From: Nitrosopumilaceae archaeon
Lineage (GTDB): Archaea; Thermoproteota; Nitrososphaeria; Nitrososphaerales; Nitrosopumilaceae
DNA: 64,000 bases
Assembly: GCA_965207375.1 (NCBI GenBank)
Contig: OZ242274.1
Coordinates: 1,408,001 to 1,472,000, forward strand
Direction of reading: 5' to 3'
Shown here: positions 23,211 to 34,256 of the stretch, piece by piece
How the letters are laid out: every line of letters begins with the position of its first letter
How positions within the stretch are numbered: position 1 is the stretch's first letter
Program-made: the position numbers and the translations under genes
The notes under the pieces: model-generated
Database searches by the model: none
The model's input: only the letters and a program-made list of their open reading frames with translations
Told to the model about the DNA's origin: nothing

Positions 23211-23773
23211 TATATATCTTTGATTTTTGTATCTATATTCGTTAAAATCTGCATCTTGTGAATGGTATTTGTAAATTTCTGCCGTGCAAAAGTTGATTAT
23301 ACATTAGGTTCAAAATTAATCATTAGGTTACTTTGGTACAGGATAGTCAAATGATTAGCCCAACTTTGTTTTTTTAAAAACAGATTTTTTTCAAACTTGC
23401 AAAGAATGATTTCTTCATTATACTGTATGTCATTAGGATATATAAATACAAGAGTTGTTTTGTCATACTTTTTGGTACGTTAATTTCCTAAATGATATCT
23501 TTTGGATATGTCTAGAGTTTTTTCTAATATTCCCAATGCCATTTTTGTGGCATTGGCTTTTTTCAAAATGATACAATTGATTGTACGATAGAAAAACAAA
23601 AATATTTTCTACATGTCTTGGTTAAAATGGTTTAATTTTGTAAGAATCAAAACAAATTTTAAAAGTTAATTGCATTTTTTTATTTGGGGTAAATTAAATA
23701 ATGCAAGTAAATTCAAATACAATTATTAATTTGCTATACTACTAATAAACAAGTCCTGTAGAGAATATGCAAC

Positions 23774-24520
23774 ATGAGAGTAGTTGCAGCAGTTGCATGT
23801 GAACACAAAAACGAACTTGTAAAATCAGACGGTGAATTAATTTGCCCTGATTGTGGTGTGGTAATTGTTGATAAAGAAACAGTACAGAATCAGGAAATGG
23901 AAGTACGTGCAAATAGCAAGACCACTTTATACAACAGACATAAGGTTGGCACAAGGGAACTAGTACCAAAAAACAAATCAACAGAAGGTGTAAGGAGATT
24001 TCTAAAAGGTGGAATAACAAATGGGAAAATTGCAAGAAACGACCAGTTGCTTTCAACGCTATCAAAATGCTGTAATAAATTAGGAATGAGTGAAGCAGAA
24101 AGTGAATATGTTAGAAAGCTGTACAAACGTGGCTCTGATTATACAAAAAAGAAAGATAGCCCATATGTTGCAATGTGGGCCATATACAAGTCATCTAAAA
24201 GACATTCTATACCTATACCGTCTACCAAAATACAAAGAACTGTAATTGAGGAATGGGGACGTGGTCACACCATACACATGACACACCTCCTTTGGAAAAT
24301 GATGGGTGTGCCTTTAGATTTTGATGAAACAAGTGATGAAAGATACAATTTCAGACTATATTTGAACAAAATTCTCAAAGGTAAAAAATTCAAAAAGCAT
24401 GATTATGCCATAATGGAAAGAAACGCCTGGGAGCTATACAAAAATACCTACGTGATAGGTACGAATCCGGCGCGTGCAAAAAGGGCGATCAGTGATGCAT
24501 TCAGGGTGAGGGGCGTATGA
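23774..24520 (+). CDS. Divergent transcription factor B (TFB/TFIIB) paralog
   Basis: Zn ribbon CEH...GELICPDCGVVI, then cyclin-like helices (CCNKLGMS...AMWAIYKSSKRHSIP). Confidence 0.7.
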   Translation: MRVVAAVACEHKNELVKSDGELICPDCGVVIVDKETVQNQEMEVRANSKTTLYNRHKVGTRELVPKNKSTEGVRRFLKGGITNGKIARNDQLLSTLSKCCNKLGMSEAESEYVRKLYKRGSDYTKKKDSPYVAMWAIYKSSKRHSIPIPSTKIQRTVIEEWGRGHTIHMTHLLWKMMGVPLDFDETSDERYNFRLYLNKILKGKKFKKHDYAIMERNAWELYKNTYVIGTNPARAKRAISDAFRVRGV

Positions 24521-25581
24521 GTAAATCATTATCTAGTATGGCAGTATCAAAAATAAACGACCCACTGTATAGACTTACAATTACATCAAAAAAATATGTG
24601 GAATCAGTATGTAAACAAATAAAATCAGGACACATCAATGAAATACCTAATCTTATAGTTGCTGAACTAAAAGGCCAATATTATCCAATAGGAAATTTAT
24701 CAACACTTGATGCAGCACGTATTGCCAATACAAAAACACTAGTCTGTATAATCAAAAAGGCAAAAAGTAAACAAAACGTGATTGAAATGCAAATTATTAA
24801 TTCAAAAAATGAAACATACAATCCCATTGCCATGATTCGACTTGTAAAACAAATAAAAGCAACTGACAACAAAATATCTTCTGTCGTCATTCCTAAGATA
24901 TTTCTCAAACCCTGTAATCTTGAAGAGCCAGTTGAGAAAAAATTTGAACAGTTTATAGAAAATATTACAGCTACAGAATTTACAATTCCAAACATTACTC
25001 ATGTTATGTTTAGCGTATCACGTGTAAAAAAATCAAGACAACTTGATGCGTTGAATCGTGTCACGCACTATTCCAAAAATGGTGAACACTATTCGCCTCC
25101 TGACAACAAAACCCTAGTCGCCATAATGAGTGATTTTGAAAAAGAAGGAGATGAAAAACTTACTTCACATGACTATGTAGAATTTCCAGATGATGAGGAA
25201 TATGAAGAGACTCATAAAAAGGAATATGGTGAGACCAAGATGGATGTAAAATCTACAGGAAAGGATCTTGGTACATGTTTTCCAGCAGTTGGAAACATGA
25301 TAAGTCATGATTGTAAATGTGGAAGAAGATACAATATTAATTTGAAAAACGGTACGATAAAGGAGCTAGTTGACAAGGGTTCAAACATTGCTATAATAGA
25401 TACAGAAGTTGGTATGGTCTATCCACTAGGTGACAAAGAGGCAGAATATTTATCACTTGATATGTCACCTGTAATAAACTCGTACTGTATAGGTTCCAAG
25501 GACATGGGTGATTTTGTTCTGTTATCAAAACGAAAACTGACAAAAAAGATAGTTGATAAAATTCACAAGGTGATACGTTGA
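24517..25581 (+). CDS. Hypothetical protein, weak ParB/Srx-like N-terminus
   Basis: IKSG.INEIPNLIV...YYPIGN...LDAA...IINS...YNPIA pattern. Confidence 0.45.
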   Translation: MSKSLSSMAVSKINDPLYRLTITSKKYVESVCKQIKSGHINEIPNLIVAELKGQYYPIGNLSTLDAARIANTKTLVCIIKKAKSKQNVIEMQIINSKNETYNPIAMIRLVKQIKATDNKISSVVIPKIFLKPCNLEEPVEKKFEQFIENITATEFTIPNITHVMFSVSRVKKSRQLDALNRVTHYSKNGEHYSPPDNKTLVAIMSDFEKEGDEKLTSHDYVEFPDDEEYEETHKKEYGETKMDVKSTGKDLGTCFPAVGNMISHDCKCGRRYNINLKNGTIKELVDKGSNIAIIDTEVGMVYPLGDKEAEYLSLDMSPVINSYCIGSKDMGDFVLLSKRKLTKKIVDKIHKVIR

Positions 25582-26147
25582 AAGGGGTAAATTTGTGCAA
25601 ACCTAGTCCCAAATTTGCTAATTTGGGATATGATTGGTTAGATTGTAGGCTTGTTAAAGACAGCACATCATACTGTGCACTTTATATTTTAGGTGACAGG
25701 AAACTAGCAATTAAAAATTTTAAAAAACTAACAGTCAAAAAGTATCAAAAAGATCCTATTCCCTCATGGTTTAGTCGCATGATACAAAATAAACTAGTCA
25801 AAATCAAAAACAATAAGGTATCTGTAACTACAAAGGGTCACATATTGTATTCTGCCTGTGAACTTGACCTTCCGATAAATGCCTTTTTGATTTTGTCCCT
25901 AGTGTATATGAAAGTGCTCACCTTTGGAAAATATTACAAGTCAGGTGTGGATTTTGTAAATTTTTACAAACTGTCTAATTTTAATTATCATTTATTTGAA
26001 TATAATTTTAAAAAACTCTCAAATAAGAAAATCATCGTACCATACGATCCAAAACACAAGCTAAGATGGACAATTGCAGACATGGTTACCATCAAAAAAT
26101 ACCATAAAGTGCTAGTCGGAATCTACACATACATGGTAAACGCATGA
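25578..26147 (+). CDS. Basic hypothetical protein (wHTH-like)
   Basis: QNKLVKI...VSVTTKG wing motif; operonic overlap. Confidence 0.5.
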   Translation: MKGVNLCKPSPKFANLGYDWLDCRLVKDSTSYCALYILGDRKLAIKNFKKLTVKKYQKDPIPSWFSRMIQNKLVKIKNNKVSVTTKGHILYSACELDLPINAFLILSLVYMKVLTFGKYYKSGVDFVNFYKLSNFNYHLFEYNFKKLSNKKIIVPYDPKHKLRWTIADMVTIKKYHKVLVGIYTYMVNA

Positions 26148-26815
26148 TGAACGAATATCTTTCCTTTGCAGTAACTGTCATCATGCTTGCTCCAATGGCA
26201 TGGAGTGATCTCCGTGAACGAACCGTCATGAACGACATTTTGGCAGTATCTGTTTGTATATCTGCATGCTTTTTTGTGTATACCATACTTGTAGAGTGGT
26301 CCCTTGCAGACATGTCAGTTTTAATTGCAATAGTTATGGGAGGTATCATAACTGGAACCATGTTTGTCATGTATCGTCTTGGTCTGATGGGTCTTGCTGA
26401 TGTTGCAGTTTGTGCAGTTATTACACTAATGCTTCCGGTCCTGTATAATTTTCCACTAGCCATTACAATTATAATTTTAGGATATGGTATCGGCATAGGG
26501 TACACTGTCTGTATAAATGCTAAATGCAATATAGCAGACATGTACCACAAAAGACCCTTTGATAGTTCCATAATTTTGTATCATAAAAAGCGCAAGGGGG
26601 AAAAATTCTGTATTCAGGGACATGTCTCCATAGGAAAGGTAGATGATTCTGGAAAAATACTTGCACGTGACGGTACTAGCTTGTTTGTATGTGAGGGGGA
26701 ATCTGGTCAAAGAGTTACTGTTGCCATACCAATGATTTTTATGTTTTTGATAGCAACTGTTGCCTTATTTTGTCTGGTACAGTCCGGTATTATTCTAGGC
26801 GGATTGTTTTTCTAG
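26144..26815 (+). CDS. Prepilin peptidase (A24/PibD-like)
   Basis: Multi-TM; WSDLRER and MGLAD catalytic Asp motifs. Confidence 0.8.
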   Translation: MMNEYLSFAVTVIMLAPMAWSDLRERTVMNDILAVSVCISACFFVYTILVEWSLADMSVLIAIVMGGIITGTMFVMYRLGLMGLADVAVCAVITLMLPVLYNFPLAITIIILGYGIGIGYTVCINAKCNIADMYHKRPFDSSIILYHKKRKGEKFCIQGHVSIGKVDDSGKILARDGTSLFVCEGESGQRVTVAIPMIFMFLIATVALFCLVQSGIILGGLFF

Positions 26816-27211
26816 TTTTGATATGTTCGAAAATCCATATTTTCATTATTTTCACAAAAATTAGGAATATGCAAGTTCATTGATGATTTTATTTATAGGC
26901 GGATATAACATGCCTAAGATACCACAAAGATATTTTGAGACAAATGTACTATGAATAGGGCAAATCAATACATGAAATAGCCACAAGATATTTTGGTTAT
27001 TTCATTACTATGAAAATTAAGATGTGATATTGAGATAAAACAGCGCAAGATAGCCATATCTCAAGCATCATGTCATCTAGAGTTTTAGGTGATACTAGAT
27101 GGCCACGCCTTGATTCTGAAGGATTGTATGGTTTTTGTCTTGCATGGTCTTGGCTGCAATCACAAAACAAAGACATTGATTTTGATTAGGTTTGGTAAGT
27201 TTAAAAATTTG

Positions 27212-29272
27212 TTAATTACTTTCTAATTGCTTCAAAATCTCTGCAATCTTTGGCCATAGTGGACTAGAGTATTTCTTGCTATTTGCTTCAGCTTCTGCTG
27301 CAGTCGTTGGATTATCATGTTGTATCACCCCAAATGCTGCTAGTACCTTATTCCATCTGTCAACGTGATCATGACCGTGATGTGTCATAGATGCCATGTA
27401 CTTTACATCCTCAATTAGTTCTGGGTCTATTGCAGGTGTTGGTTCAGGTTCTGGCTCAATTTGTGGTATGTCTTGTATTGTATCTGGTATTGAATCTGGT
27501 ATTGAATCTGGTATTGAATCTGGTATAGGCTGCGGTTCTGTTGGTTCTGCGTTAATACCTGTAGGTGTATCTGATTCTAACTCGCTTAATGCTGTTGCAA
27601 TTCTTGACCATAATGGGCCTCCGTATGTATCCGCATTGACTTGAGCCTCTGTAGCAGTCATTTTACCTTGATCCAAATGTCCAAATGCTGCTAATACCTT
27701 ATTCCAAGTCTCATGATCATTAGGGCCATTTGATATTGATTTACCGTGTTCTAATAGAGATTTTGTATATCTTACTTCATTGAGTAAAGGTGTATCAACA
27801 TAACCTGGTACAGCAATTAATGGCTCTGGTGTTATCTCGTTACTCAAGTTACGGTCATATTTTGCAGATGCAGTATCATGAGTGCTGCCGCCTGTTCTTG
27901 GAATCTGACGCTCTAGAAATTCAAAATATTCTGCCCTTATATCATCAGTGCATGTTATTATTGTTTTAGATGTAGTAGCACACCGTTCAGCACCGGTTGG
28001 ATCAATCATGCCGTTGTGAAATATTGAAGTTTGAGTATGTATTGGATAGACAAAGGCATCTGAACTACCAAACGTTGGAATGTTTATCCAGTCATAGTTT
28101 ACAGCAAATCCGATTGTACCAACACGTCCAGCAAAACCAAGATCGGCAAGTCCCTCAGTTACAAATTCATTTGCAAGTTGTCTTGCTTTAGATGGACTGG
28201 CTCCCTCTGGAATTGCAATTGCATTGCTTATACTGTCTGCAATTGCATTGCTTATCTCCTCTGTGTAATGAGTTTTTGTAAAATGCAAACCTTCCATGCT
28301 ATTTTTTACACGTTCTTTAATTTTAGGCTGTATGTTATTTTGGTGATCCTGGTCAGAATTGGCAAAGTTACCTCGAAGTTCATTATATACGAGACTCACA
28401 AGAGTGGGTTTTGAAATATCTGCTATAGTCTGAGGATTTACGAGTTTTGCATTTGAACCGACTACAGTAGCATAACTCCCACCACTGGGGTATGTTTTGT
28501 CATAGTTGACCAAAGTTCCATGTTCATTCCATGTTATAGTCAAGTCTTTACCATCTGGAAATATTTCATAATAACTCTTTTGGATTCCGTTATCATGCCA
28601 TGTAGTTTTATTTTGAGGTAATAGGAAATTACCGTTTTCATCTGTTCTTGTGGTGTTTTCTGCCTTCAAGTCACGTTTGATAACTTCTGTTGCAATGTTT
28701 CCGCCCTCTTTGAATTTTATTTCACTTGTAGATTTACCATCCTCAAGATTGATTATTTCTTTGAGTGTGCCATCTTCATGATGTTCTAGTTTCATAAACA
28801 CGCCTTGATTTGGGTTACTGTTAGGATCATCTTCATCTGAAACACCTAGAATGCTTTTTGCCTCATATAGAATAGATTCTTTTAGAGTGCCATTATGATG
28901 GAAAATGTCAATTCTTTCTATTCCGTCATGGTAATTTTGGCCAGGTGGTACAGTGTATGTGTCTGTAGCTCTGCTATATTGTACGCGTGTAGCAGTATCA
29001 AACTGTAATTGATTGTCATAATAGTTAATGCATGTGTAGGTTATACCATCAGAGTCGGTATAAACACCCAATTGGCCACGTTGTCCTCCTACCATATCCA
29101 AGAAAGTGAAACGTACTGTACCGTCTGGGTTGTAAATTGATCTTGGGACTATTTCCGCTCCAAACTGCGCCATCACTTTGTCACTTTTACATAACCATTC
29201 ATCATCAGTTGGAGAATGGGCCTCTGCAAAGTCTGGTGTAAATAGTAATAACAATCCTGCGGCAGATACCAT
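27212..29272 (-). CDS. Secreted protein with MORN-like repeats and the same C-terminal helical repeats as 17008..19023
   Basis: FHHNGTLKE/HHEDGTLKE/WHDNGIQK; HGHDHVDRWNKVLAAFG...KYSSPLW; 12-bp IPDS repeats near 27483-27525. Confidence 0.8.
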   Translation of the reverse strand: MVSAAGLLLLFTPDFAEAHSPTDDEWLCKSDKVMAQFGAEIVPRSIYNPDGTVRFTFLDMVGGQRGQLGVYTDSDGITYTCINYYDNQLQFDTATRVQYSRATDTYTVPPGQNYHDGIERIDIFHHNGTLKESILYEAKSILGVSDEDDPNSNPNQGVFMKLEHHEDGTLKEIINLEDGKSTSEIKFKEGGNIATEVIKRDLKAENTTRTDENGNFLLPQNKTTWHDNGIQKSYYEIFPDGKDLTITWNEHGTLVNYDKTYPSGGSYATVVGSNAKLVNPQTIADISKPTLVSLVYNELRGNFANSDQDHQNNIQPKIKERVKNSMEGLHFTKTHYTEEISNAIADSISNAIAIPEGASPSKARQLANEFVTEGLADLGFAGRVGTIGFAVNYDWINIPTFGSSDAFVYPIHTQTSIFHNGMIDPTGAERCATTSKTIITCTDDIRAEYFEFLERQIPRTGGSTHDTASAKYDRNLSNEITPEPLIAVPGYVDTPLLNEVRYTKSLLEHGKSISNGPNDHETWNKVLAAFGHLDQGKMTATEAQVNADTYGGPLWSRIATALSELESDTPTGINAEPTEPQPIPDSIPDSIPDSIPDTIQDIPQIEPEPEPTPAIDPELIEDVKYMASMTHHGHDHVDRWNKVLAAFGVIQHDNPTTAAEAEANSKKYSSPLWPKIAEILKQLESN

Positions 29273-29506
29273 GAAAACTATACCGTGTAATGTATGGGGG
29301 GGGGTTCCTAATGTAGCATCTACACGCGGCAGATACCATGAAAACTAGAGATAATGCTTTCACAAAGATTATCAAACAGTACAGATAATTAAGTTATTCT
29401 GTAAAATAACGTAAGATTGTATAACTAATACCTTAGAATTTCTTATATCTGTTAACATTTACAATTTATCTAAAAGTTTTTAGATGATTGTGTGTTATTA
29501 ATAACA

Positions 29507-29574
29507 TCCGCTTCTAGGGAATCGAACCCTAGCAACGACATCTTCTAAGGGCGTGTTGGGTACCAACCAAGCGG
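29507..29574 (-). tRNA. Atypical/degenerate tRNA-like gene, anticodon TAG
   Basis: CCGCTT/AAGCGG acceptor, CTAGGG-TTCGATT-CCCTAG T arm, 3-nt D loop, CT-TAG-AA loop, no long variable arm. Confidence 0.55.
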
Positions 29575-29713
29575 TGATTTTATAATAATACAAACGCTAT
29601 TTTAATAATTTTAATTCATAACGAATAACGCTAAAAATCTGTTTTTTAATGGAAAAATTCTATTATGTCTAATATCTCATAGAGTCATGGGCCTGTTTTG
29701 ATTTTGCCTGCAT

Positions 29714-29829
29714 AAAATTAAGGCTAGATGTTAAACTCCCTCAATTTTTGGTTATTTTGAAAGTTTCTCGATTAAGGAATTTGTGCGATATTAGGCAAAA
29801 AGTAGACCTGATGGGATTTGAACCCGTGA
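29714..29829 (-). repeat. tRNA 3'-half plus ~90 bp, inverted diverged copy of 36109-36224 (att-like remnant)
   Basis: TCACGGGTTCAAATCCCATCAGGTCTA...AACATCTAGCCTTAATTTT on the minus strand. Confidence 0.8.
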
Positions 29830-30253
29830 GATTGAAACAAGGATCTTTAACATCTTCTCAAACACACTTGGAACTGCAGGTATACAATTTGGCACAGCAG
29901 ACAATACAAAATACAAACTAGCAAATTTTACAACAATGCTAACTGAAATGAGTCGTTCTCGCATTACTATATAATCAATAGCTGCAGATTTTAAAACTAA
30001 CAAAGATGCACCATGTGGAAAATGGATACGCAACATGATAAATGGCCTGCGTTATGATCAGACAGAGCATGTCTGCAATGAGATGTTACACCAGACAGCA
30101 CGACCTTGCAATAAAAACAATAATTCACAAAACAGACACACTGATTGCAATAGACAAACATCTCATACCAAGATACGACATGGTGAGGACCCAGTCAGAA
30201 TAGGAACACTTGCATTAATACATAATATTAGTACTGGATGGAAAACTCATGGT

Positions 30254-30331
30254 GTACAAACTTTGGTCGTAAATTTTTCTGACATTAAATTTTCGTGTAT
30301 GTTCAAAAACTATATCATAGAATCAGAGGTG
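30254..30331 (+). repeat. ~78-bp dispersed repeat (copies at 36228-36304 +, 37178-37257 -)
   Basis: GTACAAACT..GGTCGTAAATTTTTC...TATGTTCAAAAACTA...CATAGAATCAGAGG. Confidence 0.8.
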
Positions 30332-30548
30332 TTCTTAGTATGTAATACACACATCGCAGGCAGGTGTCTGATGTCTGGAACTATACATAATTACTTTCAT
30401 CGCCCTAACTCTACATACCATATTTGCTTAGGTGTATACTTTGTCGACTTTGCAAGGCTCAGGCATGGATGTATAGAAAAAGACTCGGATAATTTGTGCA
30501 ATTAATTTTCAAATTTCGTCCTTAAATAGATTTGATTAATTAGACACC

Positions 30549-31427
30549 ATGGTTACACCGGTAGGACTTGATATCGGTACCGGATTCACAAAAGTATCCG
30601 GACTAGGCAAACAATTATCATTTCCATCTCTTTATGCATCACGATATACTGACGGCAGGACGATACACAACATGAATCAGTCAAAAAACATCCTTGAGGA
30701 GTGTGTTGGAAGACATGCTATTCCAATGGGTGAATCGCGTACAGGCACAATGATACGTCCCGTAAAACATGGACTCCCATGTCATGACAAGGGATATTCT
30801 AAATTGACAACAGAGGCCCTATCACTTGTTGGTATAAGCAATATATCTGATGCATATATTGTAGCAGGAGTAACCTTTGATGCAAAATCAGGCATTAAAA
30901 GAATTAAAAGAATAATCAAGTCACTAAAGCCCCATATGATCAAGATTGTACCACAGGCCTATGGAACCATGACATATTGTAACAAAAAAAGTGGAACCGT
31001 TGTAAATATAGGCCATGGAACCACAGAAGTAATCCATATCAAATCAGGAGTTATAGAGGGTAGTTCCATTCCAAAGGCTTCAAACTTTGTAACGGATCAG
31101 CTTGACAAAACACGTGGTTCCTATGTCAATTACAAAAAACTGTTTTCACAAAATGAATCCCTTACACAAAAACTAGTGTATCATTTGGCAGAACACATTG
31201 CAGATGAGGTGACCCGTATAGCATCACATGATAATATCATACTTGCAGGAGGGGGCTCGTTGCTTCCAGGAATGCGCGAAAACTTGGAAAAAATACTTTA
31301 TACTAAAACCATAGTGCCTGACAATCCAGTATTTTCAAATGCCATAGGTCTTGAAATGATAGCCAAAACAATGGTAGAACAGGCAGAACCAAAGACAGAA
31401 CATACATCTGTTGAAAAAATACTCTAA
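30549..31427 (+). CDS. Actin-like partition ATPase (ParM/StbA/Ta0583-like)
   Basis: GLDIGTGFTK, PQAYG, NIGHGTT, LAGGGS, NAIG. Confidence 0.85.
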   Translation: MVTPVGLDIGTGFTKVSGLGKQLSFPSLYASRYTDGRTIHNMNQSKNILEECVGRHAIPMGESRTGTMIRPVKHGLPCHDKGYSKLTTEALSLVGISNISDAYIVAGVTFDAKSGIKRIKRIIKSLKPHMIKIVPQAYGTMTYCNKKSGTVVNIGHGTTEVIHIKSGVIEGSSIPKASNFVTDQLDKTRGSYVNYKKLFSQNESLTQKLVYHLAEHIADEVTRIASHDNIILAGGGSLLPGMRENLEKILYTKTIVPDNPVFSNAIGLEMIAKTMVEQAEPKTEHTSVEKIL

Positions 31428-31707
31428 ATCTCTAAGGTAGGAAATCATCTTACACCTGGCGCATCGTGCCTAAAAATGCGCCAGATAAAACAGCCATTTT
31501 GAGAAAATATTGTATCAACAGCAGATGACACTACATCATCCGGTGTTGATTCTATCGGTTTTTCACCTGTTTATGCATTCTTATTTATTGGTACATATTG
31601 ACTATCAAAACTTGTCAGTTCTGCTACGAATTAGGTGTTGTATTAAAATTTGAACATTTACAATCCGGATTTAAAATCGCACAAGATTTTTCAATTTCCA
31701 CCAAGTC

Positions 31708-32655
31708 ATGTTTTTGATCAAACGCATTTTCCCAACAGTAGCAAATATCAGATTTTTCGTTTTTCACACTGGAACGATGCAACAAATGCTTAAAACCTCC
31801 AAAATGTCTTTATTTCTAAAAAATAATGATACCAGTATGATAAAAGACAGACATGTTATGACATCTGAATTTGGACCAGCGCCTATTGATGAACCAAAAT
31901 CATATCCTGGCAGACGTCCGAATTATTCTTATGTTTTTTGTGGTGATAAAATATTTCCAATTGATATATCATATGGAAAACCCATTGAAGAGTTGTTAAT
32001 TGATACGCCATACGGCAAGGATATTTCACTTGAAGACAAATACGCCGTTTTGGGTTATGGTTCAAATGTATGTCCATCTCAGCTTGGTCAAAAGTTCACA
32101 GACAATACTATGTTTCCAGTTATTCGTGGTGTGCTTTACGGGTACGATGTTGTTTATGCCGCAGGTATTGCCTCATATGGAAGTGTCCCTGCCACACTGA
32201 TAAGATCACCCCAAACCACTGTGGAGGTATGGATAAATATTTTGGATGCAGAACAGCTTTGTACCCTAGACAAAACCGAATCTAGGGGACGGCGATATGA
32301 TATGATATTACTAGATGAAATAATTCTCGAAAACGGTGAGATCTTTAATCCTATCTGTTCGTATATGTTTTCCAAAGGTCCAATGACTTGTATCGAGAAC
32401 AGCCCAATACGCATCAAAAATATACGTTCCAATAAATCACAATTTACACCCATGACACAGGAGGAGGTTTTACAGACATTGCCTGTGGAAAATACCAAAT
32501 GTGTTGCTGATATGCTTACACAGAATCGGTACAATACAGTATCTGATAAATTCAATATTATCCCAGTAGGCAGTACACCCCCTACCATATCTGAGACATC
32601 TAGAAGTTTTGCAAAGCAAAATATAACATCTGTATTTTGCCCACATTTCGCTTAG
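31708..32655 (+). CDS. Gamma-glutamylcyclotransferase-fold protein (start probably later, ~31834-31858)
   Basis: VLGYGSNVCPSQL; LDKTE. Confidence 0.6.
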   Translation: MFLIKRIFPTVANIRFFVFHTGTMQQMLKTSKMSLFLKNNDTSMIKDRHVMTSEFGPAPIDEPKSYPGRRPNYSYVFCGDKIFPIDISYGKPIEELLIDTPYGKDISLEDKYAVLGYGSNVCPSQLGQKFTDNTMFPVIRGVLYGYDVVYAAGIASYGSVPATLIRSPQTTVEVWINILDAEQLCTLDKTESRGRRYDMILLDEIILENGEIFNPICSYMFSKGPMTCIENSPIRIKNIRSNKSQFTPMTQEEVLQTLPVENTKCVADMLTQNRYNTVSDKFNIIPVGSTPPTISETSRSFAKQNITSVFCPHFA

Positions 32656-32666
32656 CTATTCAAGGA

Positions 32667-33938
32667 TCATTCTCTCATCCATTCTGTAGCAAATGTTTTG
32701 ATTTTTGGAAGGTGGATAATCCCAAACATTCTGCCTTTACCGTGTAAATCCCAGAATTGGGGCTGATCGCTTGCAGTAAAATACATTGCCTTTTCAAAGG
32801 GAATACCAGCTCTTTGGTAGTTTTCCAATTTTTTACCAAAATTTTTCATTAGATTTGCAGAATCGGATTGTTTTGTGACTTCAACAATGTATAATTTTTT
32901 GTCATCAGTTATTATACTAATATCAATTTCCCAACCTAATCCTGGTTTTCCATGTGGCATGGGGTGTATTTTTTTATGAACATATACTTTGTCAACAAAA
33001 GGCAATTCTGCCATACATTGGGCAATTATTTCTTCATATAACCAACTACTATCCATAACCAATAATGTGATTAATTCGTCTGGAAAAGTTACGTGTATAT
33101 TATGAATTAATCCACTCTGTCCACATTGTTCACATTGATGAATAAGAGTGATTTTTTTCGTTCTAGATATTTCAGATACAAAAGGATACAATTCATGTTC
33201 AAACCAGCAATCAAGACATAGCGTTTCAGTACCTATTTTGGCATAATTTGCTAATTTTCTTAATGCAGTATTAAACATATCAATATTTTCGGGAAATTTT
33301 AAGAAATCAGATTCAAGTAATTTACTATTTTGATGGGCTAGTGGTGAAATTTCTATGAATTGCTTAGTTTTAGAGATTACATCTACCTCGTGTATGATGC
33401 CAAGAAATTCACTTAGTTTTTTGGAATGATTTTCCATTATATTCGGGTTTTTTTCTAAAGCATTTTTTACAGCACTTGTAATTCTATCAATATTTTTTGT
33501 ATGATCTTTTACAATTCGTGCCAAACCTGGATCGTCAGAAATAGATTCAAACATTTCAATCAGTAGATTTTTTATCATTCCAAACATTACATTGTTTGTT
33601 GAATCTAATGTGGATTCTAATTTTTCATATGCTTTTTGATAATCGGGGCGCGATTTTTTCAACTTTTCAAAATCATAGTCTGGCTGCAAGCAAATTGGAT
33701 ATGTAATTGTGGTCGCTGTTGGGACATCTGCATAAGAGAGTGATTTAATTTTTAAGAAGATAAACTTTAGTAAAATATCATTATTGGCAATTACAGATAC
33801 AACTTGATTCGAAACAGAATCTTTATTTTTAAAGACCTCGAATGCACGCTCATTTTTAGTTGCAGAAATAGTAATTCGATGATCGCATAGATCAATAACC
33901 TGCTGTTGTTCAGATAGATAAGATATGACTTTGTTCAA
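32667..33938 (-). CDS. Protein with Zn ribbon and C-terminal PD-(D/E)XK-like nuclease domain
   Basis: CLDC...CEQC; EIDISII...LYIVEVTK. Confidence 0.55.
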   Translation of the reverse strand: MNKVISYLSEQQQVIDLCDHRITISATKNERAFEVFKNKDSVSNQVVSVIANNDILLKFIFLKIKSLSYADVPTATTITYPICLQPDYDFEKLKKSRPDYQKAYEKLESTLDSTNNVMFGMIKNLLIEMFESISDDPGLARIVKDHTKNIDRITSAVKNALEKNPNIMENHSKKLSEFLGIIHEVDVISKTKQFIEISPLAHQNSKLLESDFLKFPENIDMFNTALRKLANYAKIGTETLCLDCWFEHELYPFVSEISRTKKITLIHQCEQCGQSGLIHNIHVTFPDELITLLVMDSSWLYEEIIAQCMAELPFVDKVYVHKKIHPMPHGKPGLGWEIDISIITDDKKLYIVEVTKQSDSANLMKNFGKKLENYQRAGIPFEKAMYFTASDQPQFWDLHGKGRMFGIIHLPKIKTFATEWMRE

Positions 33939-33944
33939 GTAATA

Positions 33945-34208
33945 TTATTTTCTATTAATTTTTAAAAAAGATTCCCCTGTATCTGTTAATTGGATTTTAT
34001 AATCATCACCCTCTTGATCGCTATATACAGGAATAGTTTTAACAAGACCAAATGCTATCAAACGTCGTAGATTTTGTAATAGTATAGTTAAATTTCCATA
34101 TTTTTTAATCATGGATTCATTATTCAGTATTGTAGAATAACTTACACCATTACCCGATGCATATTCCATTAAATCGTATGATACATCAACAGCATCTATT
34201 GTAGACAT
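33945..34208 (-). CDS. Small winged-helix protein
   Basis: LRRLIAFGLV...IQLTDTG. Confidence 0.65.
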   Translation of the reverse strand: MSTIDAVDVSYDLMEYASGNGVSYSTILNNESMIKKYGNLTILLQNLRRLIAFGLVKTIPVYSDQEGDDYKIQLTDTGESFLKINRK

Positions 34209-34256
34209 GTATTAACATGACAGTAATCACATATTAATTAAACATTCGGTAGGTTC

